Source: an uncultured Chloroflexia bacterium (GTDB lineage: Bacteria > Chloroflexota > UBA6077 > JACCZL01). Taken from it: a DNA stretch of 64,000 nucleotides. Numbering within the stretch: the first letter of the stretch is position 1; the number at the start of each line of letters is the position of its first letter. The stretch covers positions 64,001 through 128,000 of the forward strand of contig CAVXYC010000032.1 in the NCBI GenBank assembly GCA_963765765.1. The letters run 5' to 3'. Of the stretch, positions 63,831-64,000 are shown piece after piece. Below the pieces are notes generated by a model. That model was not told the origin of the DNA, searched no databases, and saw only the letters and a program-made list of their open reading frames with translations. Made by a program: the position numbers and the translations under genes.

Positions 63831-64000
63831 ATGCTGAGTCGAGAAGACAACGAGCTGCTGTGCCGCACCGGCCCCGGGACGCCCATGGGCGAGCTGTTCC
63901 GCCGCTTCTGGCTGCCGGCCATGCTGGCCAGCGACCTGCCCGGACCCGGATAGTGAGCCCTGGCGCCTGCAGATCCTCGGTGAGCGGCTGGTCGCCTTCC
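63831..64000 (+). CDS. Rieske ring-hydroxylating oxygenase alpha subunit (phthalate 4,5-dioxygenase-like), partial
   Basis: MLSREDNELLCRTGPGTPMGELFRRFWLP...ILGERLVAF. Confidence 0.85.

Overview
GC-rich bacterial chromosomal window; the gene content suggests Chloroflexota (inference, not proven). It carries many 1-nt frameshifts even in conserved genes (parA, crtI, SDR, MFS, SBP), which points to long-read assembly error. Contents: housekeeping genes (dcd; rpmH-rnpA-yidD-yidC-jag-pfkB-parA-parB; grpE-dnaK; gdhA), a carotenoid-glycoside operon (crtB-cruG-cruF-acyltransferase-crtI), catabolic and transport genes, and a mosaic, decayed right end. The standout is a complete IS110-family element (30872-32132, minus strand) inserted into a GTAG-type REP palindrome. 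Its ~280-nt upstream non-coding end folds into two internal loops. One loop matches the reconstructed genomic target (TTCCGCA-CT-AC) and the other matches the element's own circle junction (ACCGTTG-CT-TGTA), so it reads as an RNA-guided 'bridge RNA' recombination system with its own target specificity. Secondary leads: a ~300-nt orphan structured RNA at ~10.1-10.4 kb, an rnpA frame that spans rpmH entirely (Thermus-like gene-in-gene), a 39-aa acidic small ORF, a tau/DnaA-N-like + DUF559 fusion upstream of grpE-dnaK, and an IS256 remnant.
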